DNA of 11,245 bases from a virus (lineage: Duplodnaviria; Heunggongvirae; Uroviricota; Caudoviricetes), in the IMG/VR virus record IMGVR_UViG_2740892230_000007; one strand, written 5' to 3'. Made by a program: the position numbers and the translations under genes. Positions 1 through 6,401 of this stretch are shown one piece after another. The notes under the pieces were generated by a model. The model had not been told where the DNA came from, did not search any database, and saw only the letters and a program-made list of their open reading frames with translations. Within the stretch, counting starts at the first letter, position 1. Every line of letters starts with the position of its first letter.

Positions 1-38
1 CGCTGAACGGGATTATTTCATCCTCAGAGAACGGTTGA
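1..38 (+). CDS. Rz1: Rz1 o-spanin, C-terminal fragment embedded in Rz in the +1 frame (copy A)
   Basis: Frame starting at position 3 gives LNGIISSSENG* (stop 36-38), matching the lambda Rz1 C-terminus (...DWQTPLNGIISPSERG). Embedded-gene arrangement is typical of Rz/Rz1. Confidence 0.75.
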   Translation, partial: LNGIISSSENG

Positions 39-127
39 TGACAATGCAGAAGCAGGTGGAAGGGGCACAGGACTATATCCGCACTCAGTGTACTAAGCAG
101 GCTTTTTATTATCCGGAGGATGTATGA
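1..127 (+). CDS. Rz: Rz i-spanin, C-terminal fragment (copy A; 5' end lies outside the window)
   Basis: Reading from position 2 gives ...AERDYFILRERLMTMQKQVEGAQDYIRTQCTKQAFYYPEDV*, matching my recollection of the lambda Rz C-terminus (...ADTAERDYFTLRERLITMQKQLEGTQKYINEQCR). Stop TGA at 125-127. Confidence 0.8.
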   Translation, partial: AERDYFILRERLMTMQKQVEGAQDYIRTQCTKQAFYYPEDV

Positions 128-348
128 AGAAATTACAGGTAACGGTAAAACCTTTTCAGGGAACAATTCCGTTCCGTGTTTTGCAACATGGCCGTGTTCT
201 GCTTGAAGAGGTGTTCAGAGGTAAATGCACTGAATGTTATTCACGAACATATGAAGTGAATGCCACGCATGAAGAATTCACCGTTGAGTGTGTGATGAAT
301 ACTGATAAATGCCGAATGGTATCCGCTGAATTACAGCCAGTGTGTTGA
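124..348 (+). CDS. Hypothetical small protein, 74 aa, five Cys (CTEC...C...C...C); cargo ORF downstream of Rz
   Basis: ORF 124..348. ATG at 124-126 overlaps the Rz stop (ATGA); GGAGG at 115-119. Lies in a ~270-bp segment absent from the paralogous copy B, where Rz is followed directly by the conserved block. No family recognised. Confidence 0.45.
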   Translation: MKKLQVTVKPFQGTIPFRVLQHGRVLLEEVFRGKCTECYSRTYEVNATHEEFTVECVMNTDKCRMVSAELQPVC

Positions 349-390
349 GCGACCTTATTATCCATGCGCGGTATTGTCGCCGTATTCCTG

Positions 391-479
391 CATTAACAGA
401 GACCGCAGCCCGACAGGGAGACTCCTCTGCGCGAGTGTGCGGGGATAATCAAAAACGATACACACCGGGGTTTACCGCG
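391..479. repeat. Conserved apparently non-coding block, copy A (89-bp core identical to 1107-1195; wider homology ~364-539)
   Basis: Letter-by-letter comparison of 391-479 with 1107-1195 shows identity; flanks are more diverged. No convincing ORF with a start codon and RBS on either strand. Confidence 0.6.
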
Positions 480-540
480 TAAACGGAGCGCGGCGTTCTC
501 CCCTCATGGTCGCCCGTCCGGTGCGATGGTGGAAGAAACT

Positions 541-716
541 GGAATCTGTTCAATAAAAAAACTGCCGTGTTGGAGTCACAGCAGTAATGTACTGATTGGG
601 TAGAAGATTATTATTGTTATGCTTTATTTTTATTCTATATGGCTGATTATTTCAATTCGGAATTAATACAGCTAATGTCTGTGATTTTTTATAAATTCAG
701 CAATATAAAGAAATAG
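541..716. other. AT-rich island (~176 bp) between the conserved block and the YlcI-like gene of copy A; absent from copy B
   Basis: Visibly AT-rich against GC-rich surroundings. In copy B the conserved block (ends ~1255) abuts the YlcI-like stop (1263) with no such insert. Confidence 0.5.
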
Positions 717-875
717 TTATATGAACAGCCATCGCAGAGCATACTGTGTATCATTCTTTTTTATAGTCAACTGACGGGCATATTTTATGTCTGCTGCCAG
801 CTCCCGGCGGCAAGATTCAATGACCCACGCAGAAAAATTTTCTGAACCTTTCTGGTCAAGAGCGATGTTAATTTG
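717..875 (-). CDS. YlcI/YnfO-like small prophage protein, C-terminal portion (copy 1; N-terminus lost in the N gap)
   Basis: Minus-strand translation after the gap: QINIALDQKGSENFSAWVIESCRRELAADIKYARQLTIKKNDTQYALRWLFI*. Paralogous to the complete 66-aa ORF at 1263-1463 (shared QINIAL..KGS.NFSAWVIE.CRR.L core) but with a different C-terminus. Confidence 0.55.
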   Translation of the reverse strand, partial: QINIALDQKGSENFSAWVIESCRRELAADIKYARQLTIKKNDTQYALRWLFI

Positions 876-885
876 NNNNNNNNNN
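876..885. other. Assembly gap (10 N), joining a YlcI-like gene to the middle of an Rz gene
   Basis: Run of N; flanks are unrelated gene fragments on opposite strands. Confidence 0.95.
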
Positions 886-1008
886 TCAACGCCACCTGCT
901 CCGGTACCGTGCGTGAAGCCACCGGCACCTCCGGCGTGGATAATGCAACCGGCCCCCGACTGGCAGACACCGCTGAACGGGATTATTTCATCCTCAGAGA
1001 ACGGTTGA
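886..1008 (+). CDS. Rz1: Rz1 o-spanin, C-terminal fragment embedded in Rz (copy B)
   Basis: +1-frame translation ...CVKPPAPPAWIMQPAPDWQTPLNGIISSSENG* matches lambda Rz1 (...CVKPPPPPAWIMQPPPDWQTPLNGIISPSERG). Confidence 0.8.
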   Translation, partial: STPPAPVPCVKPPAPPAWIMQPAPDWQTPLNGIISSSENG

Positions 1009-1070
1009 TGACAATGCAGAAGCAGCTGGAAGGGGCACAGGACTATATCCGCACTCAGTGCCTGAACTAA
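886..1070 (+). CDS. Rz: Rz i-spanin, C-terminal fragment (copy B; 5' end lost in the N gap)
   Basis: ...VREATGTSGVDNATGPRLADTAERDYFILRERLMTMQKQLEGAQDYIRTQCLN*. Positions 971-1060 match 1-90 with one mismatch; C-terminus differs from copy A. Confidence 0.8.
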
Positions 1071-1106
1071 GTTTTGCTGATGCGCCGTATCGTCGCTGTA
1101 TTCCCT

Positions 1107-1195
1107 CATTAACAGAGACCGCAGCCCGACAGGGAGACTCCTCTGCGCGAGTGTGCGGGGATAATCAAAAACGATACACACCGGGGTTTACCGCG
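1107..1195. repeat. Conserved apparently non-coding block, copy B (wider homology ~1080-1255)
   Basis: Identical to 391-479. Confidence 0.6.
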
Positions 1196-1262
1196 TTAAC
1201 GGAGCGCGGCGTTGTCCCCTCATAGTCGCCTGTCCGGTGCGATGGTGGAAGAAACCGAACGT

Positions 1263-1463
1263 TCATTTCTCGTTATTTGTCATGCTGGCCGGGCGCAGAT
1301 GCGTTGCATCTGTTGCCAGCCTTCTCCTGCAGGCTTCAATAACCCACGCTGAAAAGTTACCGGACCCTTTATGCTCAAGGGCGATGTTGATCTGTTCAAT
1401 TATGTGATTGGGGAAACGGATATTGCGGGTTGTGGTTCTGCGGGTCCGGTTTTTCGATGACAT
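1263..1463 (-). CDS. YlcI/YnfO family (DUF3950-like) small prophage protein, 66 aa
   Basis: Complete minus-strand ORF MSSKNRTRRTTTRNIRFPNHIIEQINIALEHKGSGNFSAWVIEACRRRLATDATHLRPASMTNNEK. Resembles, from memory, the small YlcI/YnfO proteins found between Rz and the terminase small subunit homolog in E. coli prophages DLP12 and Qin. Family name is recalled, not computed. Confidence 0.6.
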   Translation of the reverse strand: MSSKNRTRRTTTRNIRFPNHIIEQINIALEHKGSGNFSAWVIEACRRRLATDATHLRPASMTNNEK

Positions 1464-1491
1464 TTTCTTTCCTCTGGTGACAAGTTATATG

Positions 1492-1563
1492 ACGGGGATT
1501 TTACATGGCTGAGCTTCGTACACTCCAGAGCAGAATCAAAACTCTGAATACCCGGCGGGTGAA
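1492..1563. repeat. Left copy of a diverged direct repeat flanking the N gap (pairs with 1574-1645); holds an alternative 5' end of the HNH gene (ATG 1505, MAELRTLQSRIKTLNTRRV)
   Basis: 1492-1563 aligns to 1574-1645 at offset 82 with about 8 mismatches. Confidence 0.8.
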
Positions 1564-1573
1564 NNNNNNNNNN
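1564..1573. other. Assembly gap (10 N) between overlapping, non-identical segments
   Basis: Run of N flanked by ~72-bp near-identical direct repeats. Confidence 0.95.
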
Positions 1574-1586
1574 GCGAGGATTTTAC

Positions 1587-1818
1587 ATGGCTGTGCTTCG
1601 TACGTTACCGGGCAGAATCAAAACTCTGAATACCCGGCGGGTGAATGTCCTGAAGGGTGAACAGCGTCGGGTCAGTGGCAGTGCCCGGGTTTCCCTCAAG
1701 CGTCGTATCTGGCTGAGGGATGCCGGGCAGTGCTGTCTCTGTGGTCGTGTGGTTGACCTCTGTGACAGTGAACTCGATCACCGAATTGCACTTCAGTTCG
1801 GTGGTGGTAATGAGGAGA
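1587..1818 (+). CDS. HNH endonuclease, N-terminal ~77 codons (3' end lost in the N gap at 1819)
   Basis: MAVLRTLPGRIKTLNTRRV...CCLCGRVVDLCDSELDHRIALQFGGGNEE: a Cys pair followed by DH and GG-N, as in HNH nucleases. GAGGA at 1576-1580 before ATG 1587. Position beside cos and the terminase genes fits the known terminase-associated HNH proteins. Confidence 0.7.
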
Positions 1819-1828
1819 NNNNNNNNNN
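1819..1828. other. Assembly gap (10 N) truncating the HNH gene
   Basis: Run of N; downstream sequence is non-coding and runs into the cos region. Confidence 0.95.
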
Positions 1829-1879
1829 GACTACATTGAAAATGATAACCATTATCATTTTTGCGGGTCCTCCTGGTGG

Positions 1880-2093
1880 GGTGGGCCTGAACACGGGGCG
1901 GACGGCGCGGGAAAAGGCGCATTTTTGTGATTTTATCGTCATCATCATCATTAGCGTAACTTGTTGTTTTTAATGTGTTTAGCATTAAAAAGATGATGAT
2001 TGTGGTTGATTTTTGTTCGACATCTTTATATGGCGGCATTTCTTTACAAAAAAAGAGCCACTTTTGTTCAGCGGTTTATGTGGAGGGATGTGA
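1880..2093. other. Candidate cos region (cosN-like core ~1893-1911, then repeat-rich cosB-like region)
   Basis: acggggcggacggcgcggg at 1893-1911 resembles lambda cosN as I recall it (ACGGGGCGGCGACCTCGCGGG). Downstream cgtcat...aactt...tgttttta also recalls the lambda cosB side. CAT/ATG triplet repeats at 1935-1947 (atcatcatcatca) and 1992-2000 (gatgatgat, inverted); A-tract at 2049-2055. Sits directly upstream of the terminase small subunit. Confidence 0.5.
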
Positions 2094-2570
2094 ATGGACG
2101 GCGAGCTGAAAAATATGAAGTTAAATATTAATCAACTGGCAGCCATTTCAGGTCTGCACCGGCAGACTGTTGCCGCCAGAATGGCGGATGTTCCTCTTGC
2201 ACCAGGTAGTAATGAAAAGAAAAAAATGTATCTCCTGACGGATTTGATTATTTCGTTGCTGGAAAAACCACCGGCTTCCGAAGATGAAGAGATGAACCCA
2301 CATGATCGGAAGGCATGGTATCAGTCCGAGCGCGAGCGTCTTAAATTTCAGCATGAAACTGTTCAGCTTGTGCCAGTCAGTGATGTCAGGCGGTCCTTTT
2401 CTGTCGTGGTGAAAGCGATAGTTCAGGTACTGGAAACCTGGCCTGACCGGCTGGAGAGGGACAGGGGGTGGACCGCATCACAACTGAATGAAGTACAGAT
2501 TGTGGTTGATGAGATCCGCGATACACTGGAAAAGGCAGTCATTGACTGTTGTGATGAGGCCGATATGTGA
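2094..2570 (+). CDS. Terminase small subunit (helix-turn-helix DNA-binding N-terminus)
   Basis: ORF 2094..2570, 158 aa. N-terminal LNINQLAAISGLHRQTVAARM looks like an HTH. GGAGGG at 2080-2085. Stop overlaps the GTG start of the large subunit (ATGTGA). Alternative start ATG 2115. Confidence 0.7.
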   Translation: MDGELKNMKLNINQLAAISGLHRQTVAARMADVPLAPGSNEKKKMYLLTDLIISLLEKPPASEDEEMNPHDRKAWYQSERERLKFQHETVQLVPVSDVRRSFSVVVKAIVQVLETWPDRLERDRGWTASQLNEVQIVVDEIRDTLEKAVIDCCDEADM

Positions 2571-4690
2571 ATCAGGTGAACGAGAGCCATAGCCGCGCAT
2601 CCGATATCTGGCGCGAAGTGGCCTCGCTGTTTCGCCCACCCAGCCGGTTACCAGTAGCGGAAGCCATCAGGCGTTATATGCGGGTACCACGGGGAGCCAA
2701 TACTTCCGGTCCGTGGGAGTCATCGCTGACGCCCTATATGATTGACCCCATTAATACATTATCAGCCCGTGAATATGACGCGGTGGTGTTTGTGGGACCT
2801 GCGCGAACCGGGAAAACCGAAGGGCTGATTGATGGCTGGATTGTGTACGGCATCATCTGTGATCCGGCGGATATGCTGGTGGTGCAGATGACTGAGACGA
2901 AGGCGCGTGAGCATTCCAGAACGCGTCTTTCCAGAACGTTTCGCCACAGTCCGGAGGTCAGCAAGCGCCTCAGTCCTTCCCGTAATGACAACAACGTCCA
3001 CGATAAAATGTTTCTTGACGGCTCCTTCCTGAAGATTGGCTGGCCGTCGATCACTGTATTTTCTTCTTCGGATTACCGTCGTGTGGCGCTGACGGATTAT
3101 GACCGTTTCCCTGAAAACGTGGACGGGGAAGGGGATGCCTTCACCCTGGCATCAAAGCGTACCACCACCTTTATGTCCTCGGGGATGACCTTGGTCGAGA
3201 GTTCGCCGGGGCGGGATATCACTGACACCAAATGGCGCTGTGGCGGCGCACATGAGGCACCGCCAACAACGGGGATCCTGTCACTGTATAACCGGGGAGA
3301 CCGCCGCCGGTGGTACTGGCCGTGTCCGCACTGCGGGGAATATTTTCAGCCGGTGATGGATAACATGACCGGATACCGGAATAACCCGGATTTTGTGGCT
3401 GCCGGTCAGGCTGCCCGTCTGATGTGTCCGCATTGTCGCGGGCTGATTGCCCCTGAGCAGAAACGCGAACTGAATAACAAAGGGATCTGGCTTCGTGAAG
3501 GTGAACGGGCGGTGGCGGACGGCAGTATCACCGGAACACCACGAAATTCCAGGATTGCGTCATTCTGGATGGAGGGGCCGGCTGCGGCGTTTCAGACCTG
3601 GGAACAACTGATTTTTAAACTGCTGGCGGCAGAAGAAGAGTATGAGCGAACCGGCAGTGAAGAGACCCTGAAAGCGGTGGTGAACACCGATATCGGACGC
3701 CCCTATCTGCCCCGTTCAGCCACGGAACAGCGTAAAAGTGAACTGCTTGAACAGCGTGCCGAGCCGTTTCCCCGGCGATCTGTGCCGGATGGTGTGCGTT
3801 TTATTGAGGCAACGGTTGACGTACAGGGCGGTAAAAATCGCCGTTTTGTTGTGCAGATCACCGGATACGGAGAGCAGGGGGAACGCTGGATTGTTGATCG
3901 CTATAACATCCGGCATTCACTGCGCTGCAGTCCCAACGGTGAAAGTCTGCCGGTTGATCCGGCGGCATATCCGGAGGACTGGGATTTGTTGCTGACGGAT
4001 GTGTTCCATAAAACATGGCCGCTGGCTTCTGATCCGGATGTGCGCATGCGTCTGATGGCCATGGCGGTGGATACGGGAGGGGAAGCCGGGGTGACAGATA
4101 ACGCCTATCGTTTCTGGCGTCGTTGCCGGAGTGACGGACTGGGCAACAGGGTGTTTCTGTTCAAGGGGGATGGACTTCGCCGTGACAGGCTGATTAACCG
4201 TACCTTCCCGGATAATACCGGCAGAAGTGCCCGCCGTGCCAGAGCCAGTGGCGATGTCGCGCTGTGGCTGGTTCAGACGGATGCGTTTAAGGACCGTGTA
4301 AATAATGCCCTGTGGCGTGACACACCAGGGCCGAACTATATCCACTTTCCCGACTGGCTGGGGCGATGGTTTTACGATGAGCTGACCTATGAAGAGCGCG
4401 GCAGTGACGGAAAATGGCGAAAACCGGGCAGGGGAGCTAACGAGGCGTTTGACCTGCTGGTTTATGCGGATGCGCTTGCCGTTCTGCATGGTTACGAAAA
4501 GATCCGCTGGCCCTCCGCACCGGACTGGGCACAGCGGGAAACGTGGCTCGTCTTCCCGCAGGAGCGTTCTGGTGAAACGGTATCCCCGGAACTGACGGCC
4601 GGGGCAGAAAAACGCCGTCGCCGGAAGAAAAAACTGCGGACGGAGCGTGCGGAAGATAATCCATGGATAACATCAGGAGGCTGGTTGTGA
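2567..4690 (+). CDS. Terminase large subunit, lambda gpA family
   Basis: 707 aa, GTG start at 2567 overlapping the small subunit stop. Walker A-like VFVGPARTGKTE; CPHCGEY and CPHCRG Cys pairs and NKGIWLREG mirror lambda gpA (ACPHCGEEQYLKF, EKTGIWTRDG) as recalled. Confidence 0.9.
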   Translation: MNQVNESHSRASDIWREVASLFRPPSRLPVAEAIRRYMRVPRGANTSGPWESSLTPYMIDPINTLSAREYDAVVFVGPARTGKTEGLIDGWIVYGIICDPADMLVVQMTETKAREHSRTRLSRTFRHSPEVSKRLSPSRNDNNVHDKMFLDGSFLKIGWPSITVFSSSDYRRVALTDYDRFPENVDGEGDAFTLASKRTTTFMSSGMTLVESSPGRDITDTKWRCGGAHEAPPTTGILSLYNRGDRRRWYWPCPHCGEYFQPVMDNMTGYRNNPDFVAAGQAARLMCPHCRGLIAPEQKRELNNKGIWLREGERAVADGSITGTPRNSRIASFWMEGPAAAFQTWEQLIFKLLAAEEEYERTGSEETLKAVVNTDIGRPYLPRSATEQRKSELLEQRAEPFPRRSVPDGVRFIEATVDVQGGKNRRFVVQITGYGEQGERWIVDRYNIRHSLRCSPNGESLPVDPAAYPEDWDLLLTDVFHKTWPLASDPDVRMRLMAMAVDTGGEAGVTDNAYRFWRRCRSDGLGNRVFLFKGDGLRRDRLINRTFPDNTGRSARRARASGDVALWLVQTDAFKDRVNNALWRDTPGPNYIHFPDWLGRWFYDELTYEERGSDGKWRKPGRGANEAFDLLVYADALAVLHGYEKIRWPSAPDWAQRETWLVFPQERSGETVSPELTAGAEKRRRRKKKLRTERAEDNPWITSGGWL

Positions 4691-4899
4691 GCACAGAAGA
4701 AGCCAGAGAAATGATACAGCGGTACCGTGAAGCGGAAATGGCCGTACTGGAGGGGAAGTCTGTCACCTTCAACGGACAGCAACTGACGCTGGAAAGCCTT
4801 TCTCAGATCCGCGCCGGACGTCAGGAGTGGGAACGCAGGCTTGCCGCGATGGTGAGCCGCAGGCGGGGAAAACCAGGATTTAAACTGGCGAGGTTTTAA
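4687..4899 (+). CDS. W: Head completion / head-tail joining protein, gpW family
   Basis: Ends ...RRRGKPGFKLARF, like lambda gpW (...RRRGPAGFYV). Preferred start GTG 4687 (AGGAGG at 4674-4679, overlaps the terminase stop as GTGA); the ORF track's ATG 4663 is an alternative. Confidence 0.75.
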   Translation: MSTEEAREMIQRYREAEMAVLEGKSVTFNGQQLTLESLSQIRAGRQEWERRLAAMVSRRRGKPGFKLARF

Positions 4900-6401
4900 T
4901 GGCAATTATTGATGATGTGATAGGCGTGTTTTCCCCCGGCTGGAAAGCAGCCAGACTGCGTTCAAGGGCGTTAATCATGGCCTATGAGGCGGTGAAACCG
5001 ACCCGGACACATAAAGCCCGGCGGGAAAATCGCTCTGCTGATCAGCTCAGTAAATACGGTGCGGTTTCCCTGCGGGAGCAGGCCCGTTTTCTGGATATCA
5101 ATCATGACCTGGTGATTGGTGTGTTTGACAAGCTGGAAGAGCGGGTGATTGGTGCCAGGGGAATTATTGTGGAGCCTCAGCCATTACGAAAAAACGGGGA
5201 AATGGCGGCAGAGCTGGCTGCGGATATCCGCCGGTTGTGGGCTGAGTGGTCCGTGAGTCCGGATGTGACAGGGCAGTATACCCGTCCCGTGCTTGAACGT
5301 TTACTGCTGCGGACCTGGCTGCGGGATGGTGAAGTGTTTGCGCAGATGGTCAGTGGTGCGGGAAACGGTCTGGAACGGACGGCGGGAGTGCCATTCTGGC
5401 TTGAGGCGATGGAGCCGGATTTTGTTCCCATGCGCACTGATGAATCCGCCGGACTGAATCAGGGGGTTTTTCTTGATGAGTGGGGAAGACCGAAAAAATA
5501 TCTGGTTTATAAAAATTATCCGGTCAGCGGCCGGCAGAGTGATACGAAAGAAATCGCTGCCGGAAAAATGATCCACCTGAAGTTCACTCGTCGTCTGCAT
5601 CAGACGCGAGGCTCATCCATGTTATCGGGGGTGCTGATACGGATCAGTGCCCTTAAGGAGTATGAGGATGCGGAACTCACTGCGGCGCGTATTGCCGCGG
5701 CGCTGGGACTGTATATCCGTAAAGGTGACGGGCAGGACTATGAAGAGCCGGGGATCAAAGAAACCGACCGGGAAGTCCATATCACCCCGGGTATTATTTA
5801 TGACGATTTGCGCAAGGGCGAGGATATCGGCATGGTCAAATCAGACCGTCCCAATCCCAACCTTGAAACTTTCCGCAACGGCCAGTTGCGTGCAGTGGCA
5901 GCGGGCAGTCGTCTGAGTTTTTCCAGTGCGGCGCGTAACTATAACGGCACCTACAGTGCCCAGCGGCAGGAGCTGGTCGAGTCCACGGATGGTTACCTGA
6001 TCCTGCAGGACTGTTTTATTGGCGCGGTAACCCGTCCGGTGTACCGGACATGGCTGAATATGGTGGTTGCGGCAGGTCTGCTGAAAATTCCGGCGGATGT
6101 GGAGATGAAAACGCTATATAACGCGACGTATTCCGGTCCGGTGATGCCGTGGATCGACCCGGTTAAGGAAGCTGAAGCCTGGAGAATTCAGATCCGGGGT
6201 GGTGCAGCGACAGAATCTGACTGGGTGCGTGCCGGCGGGCGCAATCCGGATGAGGTCAAACGTCGCCGCAAGGCTGAAATTGATGAAAACAGCAGACTGG
6301 GGCTGGTCTTTGATACTGACCCCGTCAACGACAAAGGAGGCAACAGTGCCGGAACTGAACAACAGCGTCAGCAGGCCACCGACAGCCAGCATGAAGAATA
6401 A
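4899..6401 (+). CDS. Portal protein, lambda gpB family
   Basis: 500-aa ORF directly after W (TAATG overlap), in the position and of the size expected for a lambda-type portal, between W and the prohead protease. Confidence 0.85.
   Translation: MAIIDDVIGVFSPGWKAARLRSRALIMAYEAVKPTRTHKARRENRSADQLSKYGAVSLREQARFLDINHDLVIGVFDKLEERVIGARGIIVEPQPLRKNGEMAAELAADIRRLWAEWSVSPDVTGQYTRPVLERLLLRTWLRDGEVFAQMVSGAGNGLERTAGVPFWLEAMEPDFVPMRTDESAGLNQGVFLDEWGRPKKYLVYKNYPVSGRQSDTKEIAAGKMIHLKFTRRLHQTRGSSMLSGVLIRISALKEYEDAELTAARIAAALGLYIRKGDGQDYEEPGIKETDREVHITPGIIYDDLRKGEDIGMVKSDRPNPNLETFRNGQLRAVAAGSRLSFSSAARNYNGTYSAQRQELVESTDGYLILQDCFIGAVTRPVYRTWLNMVVAAGLLKIPADVEMKTLYNATYSGPVMPWIDPVKEAEAWRIQIRGGAATESDWVRAGGRNPDEVKRRRKAEIDENSRLGLVFDTDPVNDKGGNSAGTEQQRQQATDSQHEE

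Noticed and set aside
639-716. 25-codon ORF inside the AT-rich island
   Set aside because: No RBS, and an open frame of this length in AT-rich sequence is expected by chance.
717-1181. 154-aa minus-strand ORF reported as one gene
   Set aside because: It is a composite: a real YlcI-like 3' portion (717-875), then an N gap, then the antisense of the Rz fragment and conserved block, beginning at a GTG with no RBS. Only 717-875 is kept.
1605-2039. 144-aa minus-strand ORF with a poly-Asp run
   Set aside because: Antisense to the HNH gene, spans an N gap, runs through the putative cos region and is low complexity; judged spurious.
3917-4489. 190-aa ORF on the minus strand, with neighbouring shorter minus ORFs
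   Set aside because: Lies inside and antisense to the large terminase gene; no RBS or independent support.
6199-6345. Upstream extension of the protease/capsid ORF to ATG 6199
   Set aside because: Would overlap the portal gene by ~200 nt with no RBS; GTG 6346 with AAGGAGG, or ATG 6391, is far more plausible.
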